Source: Acidobacteriota bacterium
GTDB lineage: Bacteria > Acidobacteriota > Vicinamibacteria > Vicinamibacterales > 2-12-FULL-66-21
DNA: 35,328 bases
Direction: 5' to 3'
Assembly: GCA_003223835.1 (NCBI GenBank)
Contig: QHWR01000141.1
Span: 8,187 to 43,514 of the forward strand
This document shows positions 1 through 9,101 of the stretch, piece by piece; within the stretch, counting starts at the first letter, position 1; each line of letters begins with the position of its first letter. Below the pieces are notes generated by a model. The model had not been told where the DNA came from. It was given only the letters and a program-made list of their open reading frames with translations, and searched no databases. A program made the translations under genes and the position numbers.

Positions 1-434
1 ACGCGCTCTCCGCCGGCCTGCCCGTTGGCCGCGGCGAAAGCCCGGCCTCTCGCGGGCGCCACGCCGAGCGTGTCGAAGAAGTCGGGTGTCACCCGGCCGC
101 CGCGGATCTGCGCCGGGTCACCGCTGCCCGTCAGCGTCACGCTCGCGCCCGAGTACGCCGACATCCGCTCGAACGACGTGCTCGCACGCCGCCAGTCCTC
201 GAAGTTGGGATACGCGGCGACGTCCTTGTCGAACCCCTGACGCGGGTTATAGGTCCAGACCATCATCAGCCGGTCGGGCCGCGGGTAGGGAAGCGGCCGC
301 AGCAGCACGGCGTTGACGACGGTGAAGATCGCCGCGTTCGCTCCGATGCCGAGCGCCAGCGTGACCGTCGCGACCCCATAGAAGAGCGGCTTTTTCGCGA
401 TGCTCCTGAGGGCGTAGACCAGATCGTTCAGCAT
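1..434 (-). CDS. ABC transporter permease, ADOP/MacB-FtsX type (5' part; runs off window edge)
   Basis: Not in the ORF track. Manual translation from ATG 434 gives MLNDLVYALRSIAKKPLFYGVATVTLALGIGANAAIFTVVNAVLLRPLPYPRPDRLMMVW..., the typical ADOP N-terminus. The frame stays open to the edge. Confidence 0.92.
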   Translation of the reverse strand, partial: MLNDLVYALRSIAKKPLFYGVATVTLALGIGANAAIFTVVNAVLLRPLPYPRPDRLMMVWTYNPRQGFDKDVAAYPNFEDWRRASTSFERMSAYSGASVTLTGSGDPAQIRGGRVTPDFFDTLGVAPARGRAFAAANGQAGGER

Positions 435-450
435 GATTCGCCGCCGGACC

Positions 451-456
451 ATAGTA
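451..456 (-). promoter_or_regulatory. Putative sigma70 -10 element (TACTAT) for the ADOP gene
   Basis: Minus strand reads gtgTACTATggtccggcggcgaatcATG; it is an AT-rich hexamer just upstream of the start. No clear -35. Confidence 0.4.
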
Positions 457-462
457 CACCGT

Positions 463-576
463 GATCCGGGTCGCGCTCGCTCTGTGCTGCAGGCGCTCGC
501 CGACTCTATCCGCGATGAGCCGCTGCGGCGAGCGTTTCAGAGTTCGAAGGAGATCCGCGACTTAGAGTTATCCTGA
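463..576 (+). pseudogene. Possible orphan 3' gene remnant
   Basis: Reads DPGRARSVLQALADSIRDEPLRRAFQSSKEIRDLELS*, an amphipathic helix resembling the C-termini of large TPR/AAA-ATPase or kinase proteins. No upstream body of the gene is present. Confidence 0.35.
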
Positions 577-624
577 TGCCGGCCGACGTGGCGAGGGCGG
601 CGCGGGCCTTCCGCGCGATGCATT

Positions 625-650
625 GCCGGTTGCATTCTTCAACAACCGGC
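625..650. repeat. Short hairpin sharing 20 nt with the right end of the 14828-14936 element
   Basis: gccggttg-cattcttcaa-caaccggc. ggttgcattcttcaacaacc (628-647) is identical to 14914-14933. Confidence 0.7.
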
Positions 651-661
651 CAGGGATCGAG

Positions 662-1258
662 ATGGGCACAGCGGTGCCGGCGGACCTTCAGAGATTAGAG
701 GATGCGCTGGACGTGGCGGAACGCGACGCACGCGCGCTCGTGGACGGCCTGACCGAGGCACGCGGCGCCTGGTGCGCGGACGCCGGCTCCTGGAGCGTCG
801 CAGAATGTCTCGACCACCTGGCCACCGCCAACCGCGTCTACCTCGCGGCGATGCAGCCACCGGCCGCTCGAGCGCTGAGGGATCGTCGCCAGCGGCGTGG
901 CCCCGCACAGCCGGGTCTGGTCGGCGGATGGTTCGTGCGGTTCCTCGAACCACCGGTGAACGCCGGCTTCAAGACGAAGGCGCCGCGCGCCATCCGGCCT
1001 CGGACGTCACCGGCCCTCGGCGACGCCATCACGGCGTTCCTTGCCTCTCAACATGACGTGCGGACGTTTCTGCGGACGTACGCCGGCATCGATCTCGCGG
1101 GGGTGCGCTTCCCGAATCCATTCATTCGCGGCGTCCGATTCAGCCTCGCGACGGGGCTGCACGTCATCGCCGCCCACGAGCGGCGTCATTTGTGGCAGGC
1201 CTGGCGCGTGCGACAAGCGGCGGAGCGACCATCGACCAGCGAGAGCAAGGGTCAATGA
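662..1258 (+). CDS. DinB/YfiT-superfamily (DinB_2) protein
   Basis: WSVAECLDHL and AHERRHLWQA motifs give the His triad of DinB-like four-helix proteins. ATG 662 is preferred over TTG 623, which lies in the repeat. Confidence 0.85.
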   Translation: MGTAVPADLQRLEDALDVAERDARALVDGLTEARGAWCADAGSWSVAECLDHLATANRVYLAAMQPPAARALRDRRQRRGPAQPGLVGGWFVRFLEPPVNAGFKTKAPRAIRPRTSPALGDAITAFLASQHDVRTFLRTYAGIDLAGVRFPNPFIRGVRFSLATGLHVIAAHERRHLWQAWRVRQAAERPSTSESKGQ

Positions 1259-1350
1259 ATCTACTGCTGCAACGCCCGCACGAGCTCTTCGAGACGGTCG
1301 TAGCTGATGCCTGCGTCCGGCGTACACGCCACCGCAGTGCAGGATGCGAT

Positions 1351-2844
1351 TCAGCGCTTCCGGGCGATCGTCGCGGTGAACACCTCTTCCATCGCAACGC
1401 GGGTCCGGCAGCCGGCCGATGGATCGAGCTGACGGCGGCTGTCGGTCCAGATCGGGCGCGAGACGCCGCCGAATGACGCGAGACCGGCGTAGTCCCCCTG
1501 CTGATTCCCGTAATTGATCGCCGGGCACGGGAACACGCCGTTGCAGTCGTGCTCGTTCGAGCTGACGTCGGTGACGCGAACGTTCGGTGACAACCAGGGG
1601 GCGCCGCCGCCGCGCGATTGCGTGAAGTAGATGTCGGTCTCGAACCGCGCGCCGGTCGTATCGTTGCGCGTATCGTAGAACGAAACGTTGACCTCGCCCG
1701 TGATCGGATCGACGGCCATCCAGTGATTGAATCGATCCACGCCCGCCAATTGATCCGTGACGGGATCCGCTGCCGACCAGCTCGTCCCGCCATCGTCCGA
1801 GTCCGACGCGAAGATGTCCGTATTGCCGTTCGCGTTCAGGTCCATCCACGAGCAATACAGGCGGCCGCGATGCGCGCCGGTCGATCGGTCCGCATCGCAG
1901 GCAGGATAGACGAGCGCGCCGCGGCTGAACTCCGCCGGGATCGCGATGTCGAACGGCAGCCGCTTCAGCGCGACGACGCGCGGCCCGTCCCACGTGACGC
2001 CGCCGTCCATCGATCGATTGAACGCGATCGTGTTCGCCGCATAATCGTTCCACGCCACGTACACCTCGCCATTCGGGCCGACGAACGGAACGGCGCCAAT
2101 CGCGCGGCCCTGGCCGCGAGGGTCGTCGACGCGCACCACCGTGAAGGTGGCGCCGTGATCGACGGAGCGACCGAACCGCACGCCGCCGCCGGTGGACCCG
2201 CCCGTCGCGGCGTCCCACGCGACGTACACGTTGTCGCGGAACCGGCTTGCGGCATTGGTGTCGGCGGCGATCATCGGCTTGTCGTTGAAATGGCCGCTCC
2301 CGCCCTCTTCGGAGAAGAGCGTGAACTGTGGATAGGACCGCCCGCCGTCCGACGACCGCGCGACACCCACGGCGGTCCCGTTGATGCCGTTGCCGCGTCC
2401 GAAATACACGACGATGTAGCTGTAGAAGACGTTGCCGCTCGTATCGAATGCGAGCGACGGGTCGGATCCGAAGTCGATGCCGTTGCCTTTGGCCGGCGGC
2501 AGCGGCAAATCGACGCCACTCCAGGAGGATCCGCCGTCACTCGAAGAGTAGCCGCGCATCGGCAGTCGGAAGATCTCGTTCGATCCCGCGGCGACGGTCT
2601 TCGGATGCGTCGGGTCGATCGTGATGTATGTCTCGCTCTGCGGGCCGCATTCGTTGGAGACGTCGACGTTCGGGCCGACTTGCACGCCAGCCTGGCCGGA
2701 GCACGCGTCGGGTCCATGGGCCGCCAGGTATTGGTACTTCGCCCACCACGTCGGGTTTCCGGGACCGTTGGTCTGCGCCGATGGCGGTGCGCTCCACGAA
2801 AGGGCAAGCACACCCGTCACGATTACTGCATGGGGCCGGATCAT
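1351..2844 (-). CDS. Secreted BNR/Asp-box beta-propeller ('sialidase-family' protein)
   Basis: Signal peptide; Asp-boxes SSDGGSSW, SSDGGRSY, SVDHGATF, SMDGGVTW, SDDGGTSW; SDP, DKP and GDY motifs; GGGAGGG RBS upstream. Confidence 0.88.
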   Translation of the reverse strand: MIRPHAVIVTGVLALSWSAPPSAQTNGPGNPTWWAKYQYLAAHGPDACSGQAGVQVGPNVDVSNECGPQSETYITIDPTHPKTVAAGSNEIFRLPMRGYSSSDGGSSWSGVDLPLPPAKGNGIDFGSDPSLAFDTSGNVFYSYIVVYFGRGNGINGTAVGVARSSDGGRSYPQFTLFSEEGGSGHFNDKPMIAADTNAASRFRDNVYVAWDAATGGSTGGGVRFGRSVDHGATFTVVRVDDPRGQGRAIGAVPFVGPNGEVYVAWNDYAANTIAFNRSMDGGVTWDGPRVVALKRLPFDIAIPAEFSRGALVYPACDADRSTGAHRGRLYCSWMDLNANGNTDIFASDSDDGGTSWSAADPVTDQLAGVDRFNHWMAVDPITGEVNVSFYDTRNDTTGARFETDIYFTQSRGGGAPWLSPNVRVTDVSSNEHDCNGVFPCPAINYGNQQGDYAGLASFGGVSRPIWTDSRRQLDPSAGCRTRVAMEEVFTATIARKR

Positions 2845-2872
2845 CAGGTTCCCTCCCAGAAGGCGACGCCGG

Positions 2873-2880
2873 ATTATACT
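2873..2880. promoter_or_regulatory. Overlapping divergent -10 hexamers (TATAAT on minus, TATACT on plus)
   Basis: attatact lies between the divergent genes at 2844(-) and 2922(+). Confidence 0.5.
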
Positions 2881-2921
2881 CGCGCGAATCAGCTCGCCGT
2901 CGATCGCAGTTGGAACACGTG

Positions 2922-4313
2922 ATGCAAACGCCGCCCGGCGGCGGTCCTACAGCCGTGCGATGGCGCATCGTCGCGCTGCTGGCTGCCTTGAGCCTCGTCA
3001 GCTACGCGCTGCGCACGAACATCTCCATCGCCGCGGCGCTGATGCGGACCGACCTCCACCTGACCGACATCCAGCTCGGGCAGGTCTTCACGGCCTTCAT
3101 GATCGGATACGCGATCTTTCAGGTGCCGGCGGGAGCGCTCGGCGACCGATTCGGCCCGCGCCGCGTGCTGACGTTCTCCGCGGCGATCTGGGGACTCGCC
3201 ACGCTCATGACGGGCGCGCTGCCCGGCTTGATCGGAGGGGCGGCGGCGACGCTCACCGTGCTGTTCGTCGTCCGGTTCCTGCTCGGCGTCGGCGAGGCGG
3301 CGACGTATCCGGTCGCCGCGGCGGCCGTTGGCGTGTGGATGCCCCCCTCGGAGCGGGCGTTCGCGAACGCGCTGGTCATTGCCGGCATGGCGCTCGGATC
3401 CGCGTTCATCCCTCCGCTCATGTCGCGTGTCATGGTCGCCGGCGGGTGGCGGCTGTCCTTCTACGTGACGTCGATTCTCGGATTCGTCGTCGCCGCGCTG
3501 TGGTGGTGGTACGCGCGCGACGATCCGTCGCGGCATCCCGCGATCAACGAGCAGGAACTGCGCGCGATCTCCTCCGGCCGCGATCCGGCCGCCGCGCGGA
3601 GATTGGGCGCGCGCCGCGTGACCCTCCGTCAAATCGTCGATTCGCCGCTGCTCCGCAGCCGGAACATGCTCCTGATCTCCGCGAGCTACTTCCTGGACAC
3701 CTACGTGCTCTTCATCTTCGTGTTCTGGTTCTATCTGTATCTCGTGGACGAACGACAGTTCAGCATCCTGAAAGGGGGCGTTTACTCGAGCCTGCCCTGG
3801 ATCGCCGCGCTGATCATCGTGCCCACCGGTGGACATCTGTGTGACGTGCTGTCGCAGAAATACGGACGCCGGATCGGCCGCCGCGCTGTGGCGATGACGG
3901 GCTTGCTCGTGTCCGCGGCGTTGATCGCCTGGGGCGCGCGGACGGAGCAGCCGATGCTTGCCATCGCGACGCTCTCCCTGAGCGTCGGCTTTCTGATGGC
4001 GACGGAAGGTCCGTTCTGGTCGAGCGCCATCGACATTTCCGGCGCGTACGCCGGCACCGCCGGCGGCATCATGAACACCGCGGGCAATCTCGGCGGCGTG
4101 GTCTCGACGTCGGTCGTGCCGGTTCTCGTGTCGCGGTTTGGATGGATGGTGGCGCTCGCGACCGGCTCGGTGCTCGGCGTCGTCAGCGCGCTGTTGTGGC
4201 TGCTGATTCGCGTAGACCAGGACCAGCGCGACGACGATTCAGTTGACACGCAGATCTCGACGGGCGCCGCGCAAACGGCCGGCGGACCAGGATCCCGCCG
4301 CCGCGCGATGTAG
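2922..4313 (+). CDS. MFS transporter, anion:cation symporter (ACS; glucarate/galactonate-like)
   Basis: About 12 hydrophobic segments; GALGDRFGPRR motif A; RFLLGVGEAATYP; GIMNTAGNLGG. The N-terminal extension in the ORF track overlaps the divergent gene, so ATG 2922 is preferred. Confidence 0.92.
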   Translation: MQTPPGGGPTAVRWRIVALLAALSLVSYALRTNISIAAALMRTDLHLTDIQLGQVFTAFMIGYAIFQVPAGALGDRFGPRRVLTFSAAIWGLATLMTGALPGLIGGAAATLTVLFVVRFLLGVGEAATYPVAAAAVGVWMPPSERAFANALVIAGMALGSAFIPPLMSRVMVAGGWRLSFYVTSILGFVVAALWWWYARDDPSRHPAINEQELRAISSGRDPAAARRLGARRVTLRQIVDSPLLRSRNMLLISASYFLDTYVLFIFVFWFYLYLVDERQFSILKGGVYSSLPWIAALIIVPTGGHLCDVLSQKYGRRIGRRAVAMTGLLVSAALIAWGARTEQPMLAIATLSLSVGFLMATEGPFWSSAIDISGAYAGTAGGIMNTAGNLGGVVSTSVVPVLVSRFGWMVALATGSVLGVVSALLWLLIRVDQDQRDDDSVDTQISTGAAQTAGGPGSRRRAM

Positions 4314-4350
4314 AATCCGCGTCACACGTTCCGCGCAGATCGGAGGGGCC

Positions 4351-5523
4351 ATGCCGAAGACAGCCGACATTGTCGTCGTGGGCGGCGGAATCAACGGCTG
4401 CAGTACCGCGTACCACCTCGCACGGCGCGGAGCGCGAAACATCGTTCTGATCGAGAAAGGACACGTCGCGTCGGGCCCGACCGGCCGGTCGAGCGGGATC
4501 GTCAGGCAGCATTACACGAACCCGACGCTGGCGGCGATGGCGCGCGACAGCGTGCGCGTGTTCGAACGCTTCGCGGACGAGGTCGGCGGCGACGCGGGGT
4601 TCGTGCAGTGCGGCGTCGTCTTCCTGTCGGGGGCGGACAGCGCGCGCGTGCTCGCCGAGACCGTGGAGATGCACCGTCGAATGGGCATCCGGGAGTCGGT
4701 GCTTTCCGCCGACGATCTGAAAGCGATGGAGCCGCAGCTCGTGACCGAAGGCGTCGCGAGCGGCGCGTACGATCCCGACGGCGGTTACGCCGACCCGGCG
4801 CTCGCGGCGAACAGCTTCGCCGACGCGGCGAAGCGGCTCGGCGTGGCAATCGTCAAGCGGACGACGGTCACCGCTCTTCGCATGGAGCAGGGCAGGATTG
4901 CAGGGGTCGTCACCGACAAGGAGGAAATCGCTTCGCCGATCGTCGTGAACGTCGCGGGACCCTGGGGCGCGCGGCTGGCGGCGATCGCCGGCGTCGAGAT
5001 CCCGTTGACGGTCACCCGCCATCCCGTGGTCGTCATGCAGCGGCCCCGCACGTGGCGCACCCGGACGCCGGTCTGGGCCGACCTCGTCGGCGGCTCGTAC
5101 TTCAAGCCTGACGGCGACACGGGCATCATGGTCGGTTCCGTTCAAAACGATCATCGATCCGTTGACGCCGACGCCTACGTCGAGACGGCCACGCACGACG
5201 AAATCGCCGCCGCGTCCTCTGCGATCGTGCGGCGGTTTCCGATCATGGAGGACGGGACGGCGTCCAAGGGTTGGGCGGGACTCTACGATGTCACGCCCGA
5301 TTCACAGCCCGTCATCGATCGGATCGAGCAGGTTCCCGGTTTCTTCTGCGCTGTCGGGTTCAGCGGCCACGGGTTCAAGATTTCGCCGGCCGTCGGACGG
5401 ATCGTCTCCGATCTCGTCCTCGACGGCGAGTGCCGCCACTACGACATCGCCGTCTTTCGACACGACCGCTTCAAGACCGGCGACCTGCACCAGAGCGGCT
5501 ACGCGTACAGCATCGTTGGATGA
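4351..5523 (+). CDS. FAD-dependent oxidoreductase, DAO/sarcosine oxidase beta-like family
   Basis: VVVGGGING Rossmann motif, GPTGRSSG, TPDSQPVI, GFSGHGFK; GGAGGGG RBS before ATG 4351. Confidence 0.92.
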   Translation: MPKTADIVVVGGGINGCSTAYHLARRGARNIVLIEKGHVASGPTGRSSGIVRQHYTNPTLAAMARDSVRVFERFADEVGGDAGFVQCGVVFLSGADSARVLAETVEMHRRMGIRESVLSADDLKAMEPQLVTEGVASGAYDPDGGYADPALAANSFADAAKRLGVAIVKRTTVTALRMEQGRIAGVVTDKEEIASPIVVNVAGPWGARLAAIAGVEIPLTVTRHPVVVMQRPRTWRTRTPVWADLVGGSYFKPDGDTGIMVGSVQNDHRSVDADAYVETATHDEIAAASSAIVRRFPIMEDGTASKGWAGLYDVTPDSQPVIDRIEQVPGFFCAVGFSGHGFKISPAVGRIVSDLVLDGECRHYDIAVFRHDRFKTGDLHQSGYAYSIVG

Positions 5524-5536
5524 GATCGCGGCGCGC

Positions 5537-5565
5537 TTGACAACCTCCGGCGCCGCGCGTATGAA
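5537..5565 (+). promoter_or_regulatory. Putative sigma70 promoter of the TBDR
   Basis: TTGACA-17 nt-TATGAA, with an AAGGAGG RBS at about 5578-5584 before ATG 5592. Confidence 0.5.
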
Positions 5566-5591
5566 GCACGCACAACCAAGGAGGCTCTGCC

Positions 5592-8225
5592 ATGTTGTCG
5601 TACCGGCGGTCAGTTGTCATCGCGATCGCGCTCGTTGCGCTCGCTTACGCCGTGCCCGCACGCGCCCAGGCGCAGCAGGGACGGATCACGGGCATCGTGC
5701 GTGACGCGACCGGCATTCCGGTTCCGGGCGTGACCGTCACCGCCACGAACCAGACCACCAAGGCCTCTCAAACCACCGCCACCGGGAACGACGGCAGCTA
5801 TTCCTTCTCGCTTGCGCCCGGAGGCTACACCGTGACCGCGACGCTGTCGGGCTTCCGCAACGCGGCGCAAAACGTCGAAGTCACCGCCGGCGCATCGAAA
5901 CAGATCGATTTGAGTCTGGAACCGGCGCTGGCCCAGGAAGTCACCGTGACGGCGACGAAGCGCGAACAGACGGTGCTCGACGTGCCGTTCTCGATCGCGG
6001 CGCCCACCGCGGAAGTGCTGCGCGCGCGCGGCGTCGAGAACATCGAGGATGTCGCCGCGAACGTCGGCGGGTTCACCGTGCAGAACCTCGGACCCGGCCA
6101 GAGCCAGGTCGCGATGCGCGGCGTGTCCGCCGGCCAGATCGTGCGCGACCAGCCGGGCGTCAAGGAACAGGTCGGCGTCTACCTCGACGAGTCGGTCGTG
6201 TCGCTGTCGCTCTTCACGCCGGACCTCGACTTGTTCGACACCAACCGCGTCGAGGTGCTGCGCGGACCGCAGGGCACACTGTTCGGCTCCGGCTCGCTCT
6301 CCGGAACCGTCCGCTATATCACGAACCAGCCCGAGCTCGGCGTGAAGAGAGGGTTCGTCGAGCTCGATGGCAGCGCGGTGGCCGGGGGCAGCCCGGGTGG
6401 AAACGCGAAGCTCGGATTCAACGCGCCGCTGGGTTCGAGGGCGGCGCTGCGCGTCGCGTCGTACTACGATCGCACTCCCGGCTACATCGATGCCGTCCAG
6501 CCGAATCTCTCGGTCAAGAAGAACGTCAACGACGGCTATCGCAGCGGCGTGCGCGCGGCCGTTCGATTTACTCCGAACGAACAGTTCTCCATCACGCCGC
6601 GGATCGTCTACCAGCGCGTGGACTCGAACGGCTGGAACCGCAGCGACATCTTCAACATTCTGGCGAACCCGTATACGACCACGCGGCCGCCTGTGACGCT
6701 CGGCGGGCTCCGGCAGTTCACGCAGCTCAAAGAGGAATTCACCGACGACTTCACGCTCGGCGACGTGGCGCTCGACTACAACTTCGGCGACGTCATCCTG
6801 ACGTCGATTACGTCGTTCACCAACCGCGACATCCTGGTGATCCGCGATGCGACCGCCCTGACGGCCAGCATCACCGGCGGCAGCATCGGTCTGCCGGCGA
6901 GCGCCTACACGCTCAACGCCCCGCTGAACGATGCCACGACCGCGAAGGTCGCGACACAGGAGCTGCGCTTTTCCGGCGGCAAGTCGCGATTCCCGTGGGT
7001 CGCGGGCGGCTTCTTCAGCCACACCCATAGGCACTACGGACAGGACCTGCCGGTGATCGGCTTCCAGGATCTGACCGGGATCCCGACACGCGGGCTGCGC
7101 GCTCCGAAGGACAGCCTCTTCTGGTCCGATCTCGATTACAAGCTCAATCAGTTCGCGCTCTTCGGCGAAGGCACGCTGGCGGTGAGCGACCAGTTCAACC
7201 TGACCGCCGGTCTCCGCTACTACCACTTCGGCGAGGACAAGCAGCAGATCTTCGACGGCATCTTCGGGAACGACAATAATGGGACGTCGCTCGTGTCGCA
7301 GCCCGGCTCCACGGATGCGAACGGCGTGGCGCCGCGGATCATCGCGACGTACAAGCTGTCGAACGCCGCGAACTTCAACGCGCAGGTCTCCCGCGGGTTC
7401 CGGCTCGGCGGGATCAACGACCCGCTCAACGTGCCGTTGTGCACGGCGCAGGACCTTGTCACGTTCGGCGGACGCGAGACCTGGAAGGACGAGAAGGTCT
7501 GGAACTACGAGGCGGGCATCAAGTCCAAGGTGCTGAACGGGACCGGCGCGGTCGCCGCGTCCGTCTTCTATATGGACATCCACGATCTGCAGGCGACGGT
7601 GACCGCCGGCTCCTGCTCGTCGCGCGTCGTCTTCAACGTGCCGAAGGCGCGCAGTCAGGGACTCGAGATCGAGTTCGAGGACGCCCCGAACCGCAACGTC
7701 AGCTTCGCGATCTCCGGCAGCTTCAACAACTCCGAGCTGCGAACGACGCTGACGTCAACGGACCCGAGCGGCGCCGTCAGCGTCGTGTCGGGCATCAAAA
7801 AGGGGGAGCGTCTGCCGACGGTCCCGAAAGTCCAGATTGCGTCCGCGGTCACCTACCAGCAGGAGATCAGGCAAGGCGGACTGGCGTACGTCACGGGCAC
7901 GTATCAGCACATCGGCTCTCGCCTGACGCAGGTCGGCGATCAGGATCTCGGCACGCTCGACCTGCTCTCGTTCGGGGCGAACACGATTGGCGCCCCGCTG
8001 ACGGCGCGCACCTTCACGTACGACCCCTTGCTGCCAGCCTACGACCTGCTCAACCTGCGGGCGGGCGTGCGGCGGAACACGTGGGACGTGTCGATCTACA
8101 TGAATAATGTGACCGACGAACGCGCGCTGCTGTCGCTCGACCGCGAGCGCGGGACGCGCGCGCGGATCGGCTACCTGACGAACCAGCCCCGCACCTTCGG
8201 CGTCACGACCCGGTTCGACTTCTAG
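5592..8225 (+). CDS. TonB-dependent receptor with N-terminal carboxypeptidase-regulatory-like domain
   Basis: Signal peptide; ITGIVRDATG..PGVTVTA domain; plug motif RVEVLRGPQGTLFG; C-terminal PRTFGVTTRFDF. Confidence 0.95.
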   Translation: MLSYRRSVVIAIALVALAYAVPARAQAQQGRITGIVRDATGIPVPGVTVTATNQTTKASQTTATGNDGSYSFSLAPGGYTVTATLSGFRNAAQNVEVTAGASKQIDLSLEPALAQEVTVTATKREQTVLDVPFSIAAPTAEVLRARGVENIEDVAANVGGFTVQNLGPGQSQVAMRGVSAGQIVRDQPGVKEQVGVYLDESVVSLSLFTPDLDLFDTNRVEVLRGPQGTLFGSGSLSGTVRYITNQPELGVKRGFVELDGSAVAGGSPGGNAKLGFNAPLGSRAALRVASYYDRTPGYIDAVQPNLSVKKNVNDGYRSGVRAAVRFTPNEQFSITPRIVYQRVDSNGWNRSDIFNILANPYTTTRPPVTLGGLRQFTQLKEEFTDDFTLGDVALDYNFGDVILTSITSFTNRDILVIRDATALTASITGGSIGLPASAYTLNAPLNDATTAKVATQELRFSGGKSRFPWVAGGFFSHTHRHYGQDLPVIGFQDLTGIPTRGLRAPKDSLFWSDLDYKLNQFALFGEGTLAVSDQFNLTAGLRYYHFGEDKQQIFDGIFGNDNNGTSLVSQPGSTDANGVAPRIIATYKLSNAANFNAQVSRGFRLGGINDPLNVPLCTAQDLVTFGGRETWKDEKVWNYEAGIKSKVLNGTGAVAASVFYMDIHDLQATVTAGSCSSRVVFNVPKARSQGLEIEFEDAPNRNVSFAISGSFNNSELRTTLTSTDPSGAVSVVSGIKKGERLPTVPKVQIASAVTYQQEIRQGGLAYVTGTYQHIGSRLTQVGDQDLGTLDLLSFGANTIGAPLTARTFTYDPLLPAYDLLNLRAGVRRNTWDVSIYMNNVTDERALLSLDRERGTRARIGYLTNQPRTFGVTTRFDF

Positions 8226-8244
8226 CGCCGGTCGACGGCCGTGC

Positions 8245-8266
8245 TATATTTGTCAAAGCAAATATA
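8245..8266. promoter_or_regulatory. Putative ArsR operator overlapping an extended -10
   Basis: Perfect 8-bp inverted repeat TATATTTG-tcaaag-CAAATATA ending at the A of the arsR ATG; overlaps TGcTATATT. Confidence 0.7.
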
Positions 8267-8679
8267 TGGCCAGGCCAATCGACCAGATGGAAACGCTGTT
8301 CAAGGCGCTCGCGGACGCGACGCGGCTCAGGATTCTGGGGCTCCTCCTCGCGGGCGAGGTGTGCGTTTGCGACATCCACGAGAGTCTCAGGATTCCGCAG
8401 CCGAAGGCGTCACGGCATCTCGCCTACCTGCGGAATTCGGGGCTCGTCGAGACGCGCCGCGACGGATTGTGGATTCACTATCGCCTCGGAACACTCGCCG
8501 ATCCCGTTCTCGCCGCCATCGTCGACGGCGTTCGTCACGCGCTGACGCACATGGACACGGTGCGACGCGACGGCGAGCGGCTGCAGAAGCGGACCGGCTG
8601 CTGCGTGCCGGGTCCGGGTGACGTGACCGGCGCGTCGTGCTGTGACCGCAGCGGCTCCAACGTGGCGGAAGCGCCGTGA
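8266..8679 (+). CDS. arsR: ArsR/SmtB-family metalloregulator
   Basis: FKALADATRLRIL, EVCVCDI, QPKASRHLAYLRNSGLVETRRDGLWIHY; C-terminal GCC...SCC. ATG 8288 is an alternative start. Confidence 0.92.
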   Translation: MARPIDQMETLFKALADATRLRILGLLLAGEVCVCDIHESLRIPQPKASRHLAYLRNSGLVETRRDGLWIHYRLGTLADPVLAAIVDGVRHALTHMDTVRRDGERLQKRTGCCVPGPGDVTGASCCDRSGSNVAEAP

Positions 8680-8712
8680 CACACTGGAGCCGCGGCGTGC
8701 GGGCGGCGCCGC

Positions 8713-8928
8713 TTGGCCACGGATCACACGGACGTCCACGGACCGACGAACACCTCCAGTTGGCCACGGATCACACGGACGTCCACGGACCGACGACCAC
8801 CTCCAGTTGGCCACGGATCACACGGACGTCCACGGACCGACGAACAACTCCAGTCGGCCGCGGATTACACGGACGTCCACGGGCCAACGAACCCAGTTGC
8901 AATTAGCCATGGATCACGCGGATGTCCA
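8713..8928. repeat. Tandem array of ~47-bp units (3 near-identical, 1 diverged, 1 partial)
   Basis: ttggccacggatcacacggacgtccacggaccgacgaacacctccag starts at 8713, 8760 and 8807, with a diverged copy at 8854 and a partial one at 8903. Each full unit holds three CACGGA-like sub-repeats. Confidence 0.95.
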
Positions 8929-9101
8929 GTCAGTCTGGTCTTGCTGAGCGCGGAGCATCGCCGCCGGGTCCCGTCGAGGCGTGCAACGCTGGACCGAGGC
9001 ATGCGGCAGGTGACGCCACGAGTCGGACGATTCGCGCCCGGCTTCCACCAGCACGAGCGCGACGCACACAGTCAGGACCGACAACGTCGGCCGCGCGGCC
9101 C

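Noticed and set aside
433-470. IVHRD resembling a kinase catalytic loop in a 47-codon ORF from ATG 433
   Set aside because: No LKPxN follows, and it overlaps the ADOP start and promoter; likely chance.
1261-1353. In-frame continuation after the TGA of the Asp-box gene (IASCTAVACTPDAGISYDRLEELVRALQQ*): selenocysteine or readthrough?
   Set aside because: The protein already ends naturally after its last blade, and there is no convincing SECIS or catalytic context. At most a small gene remnant.
8713-8928. CRISPR array
   Set aside because: Units are contiguous and near-identical with no unique spacers, and there are no cas genes in the window.
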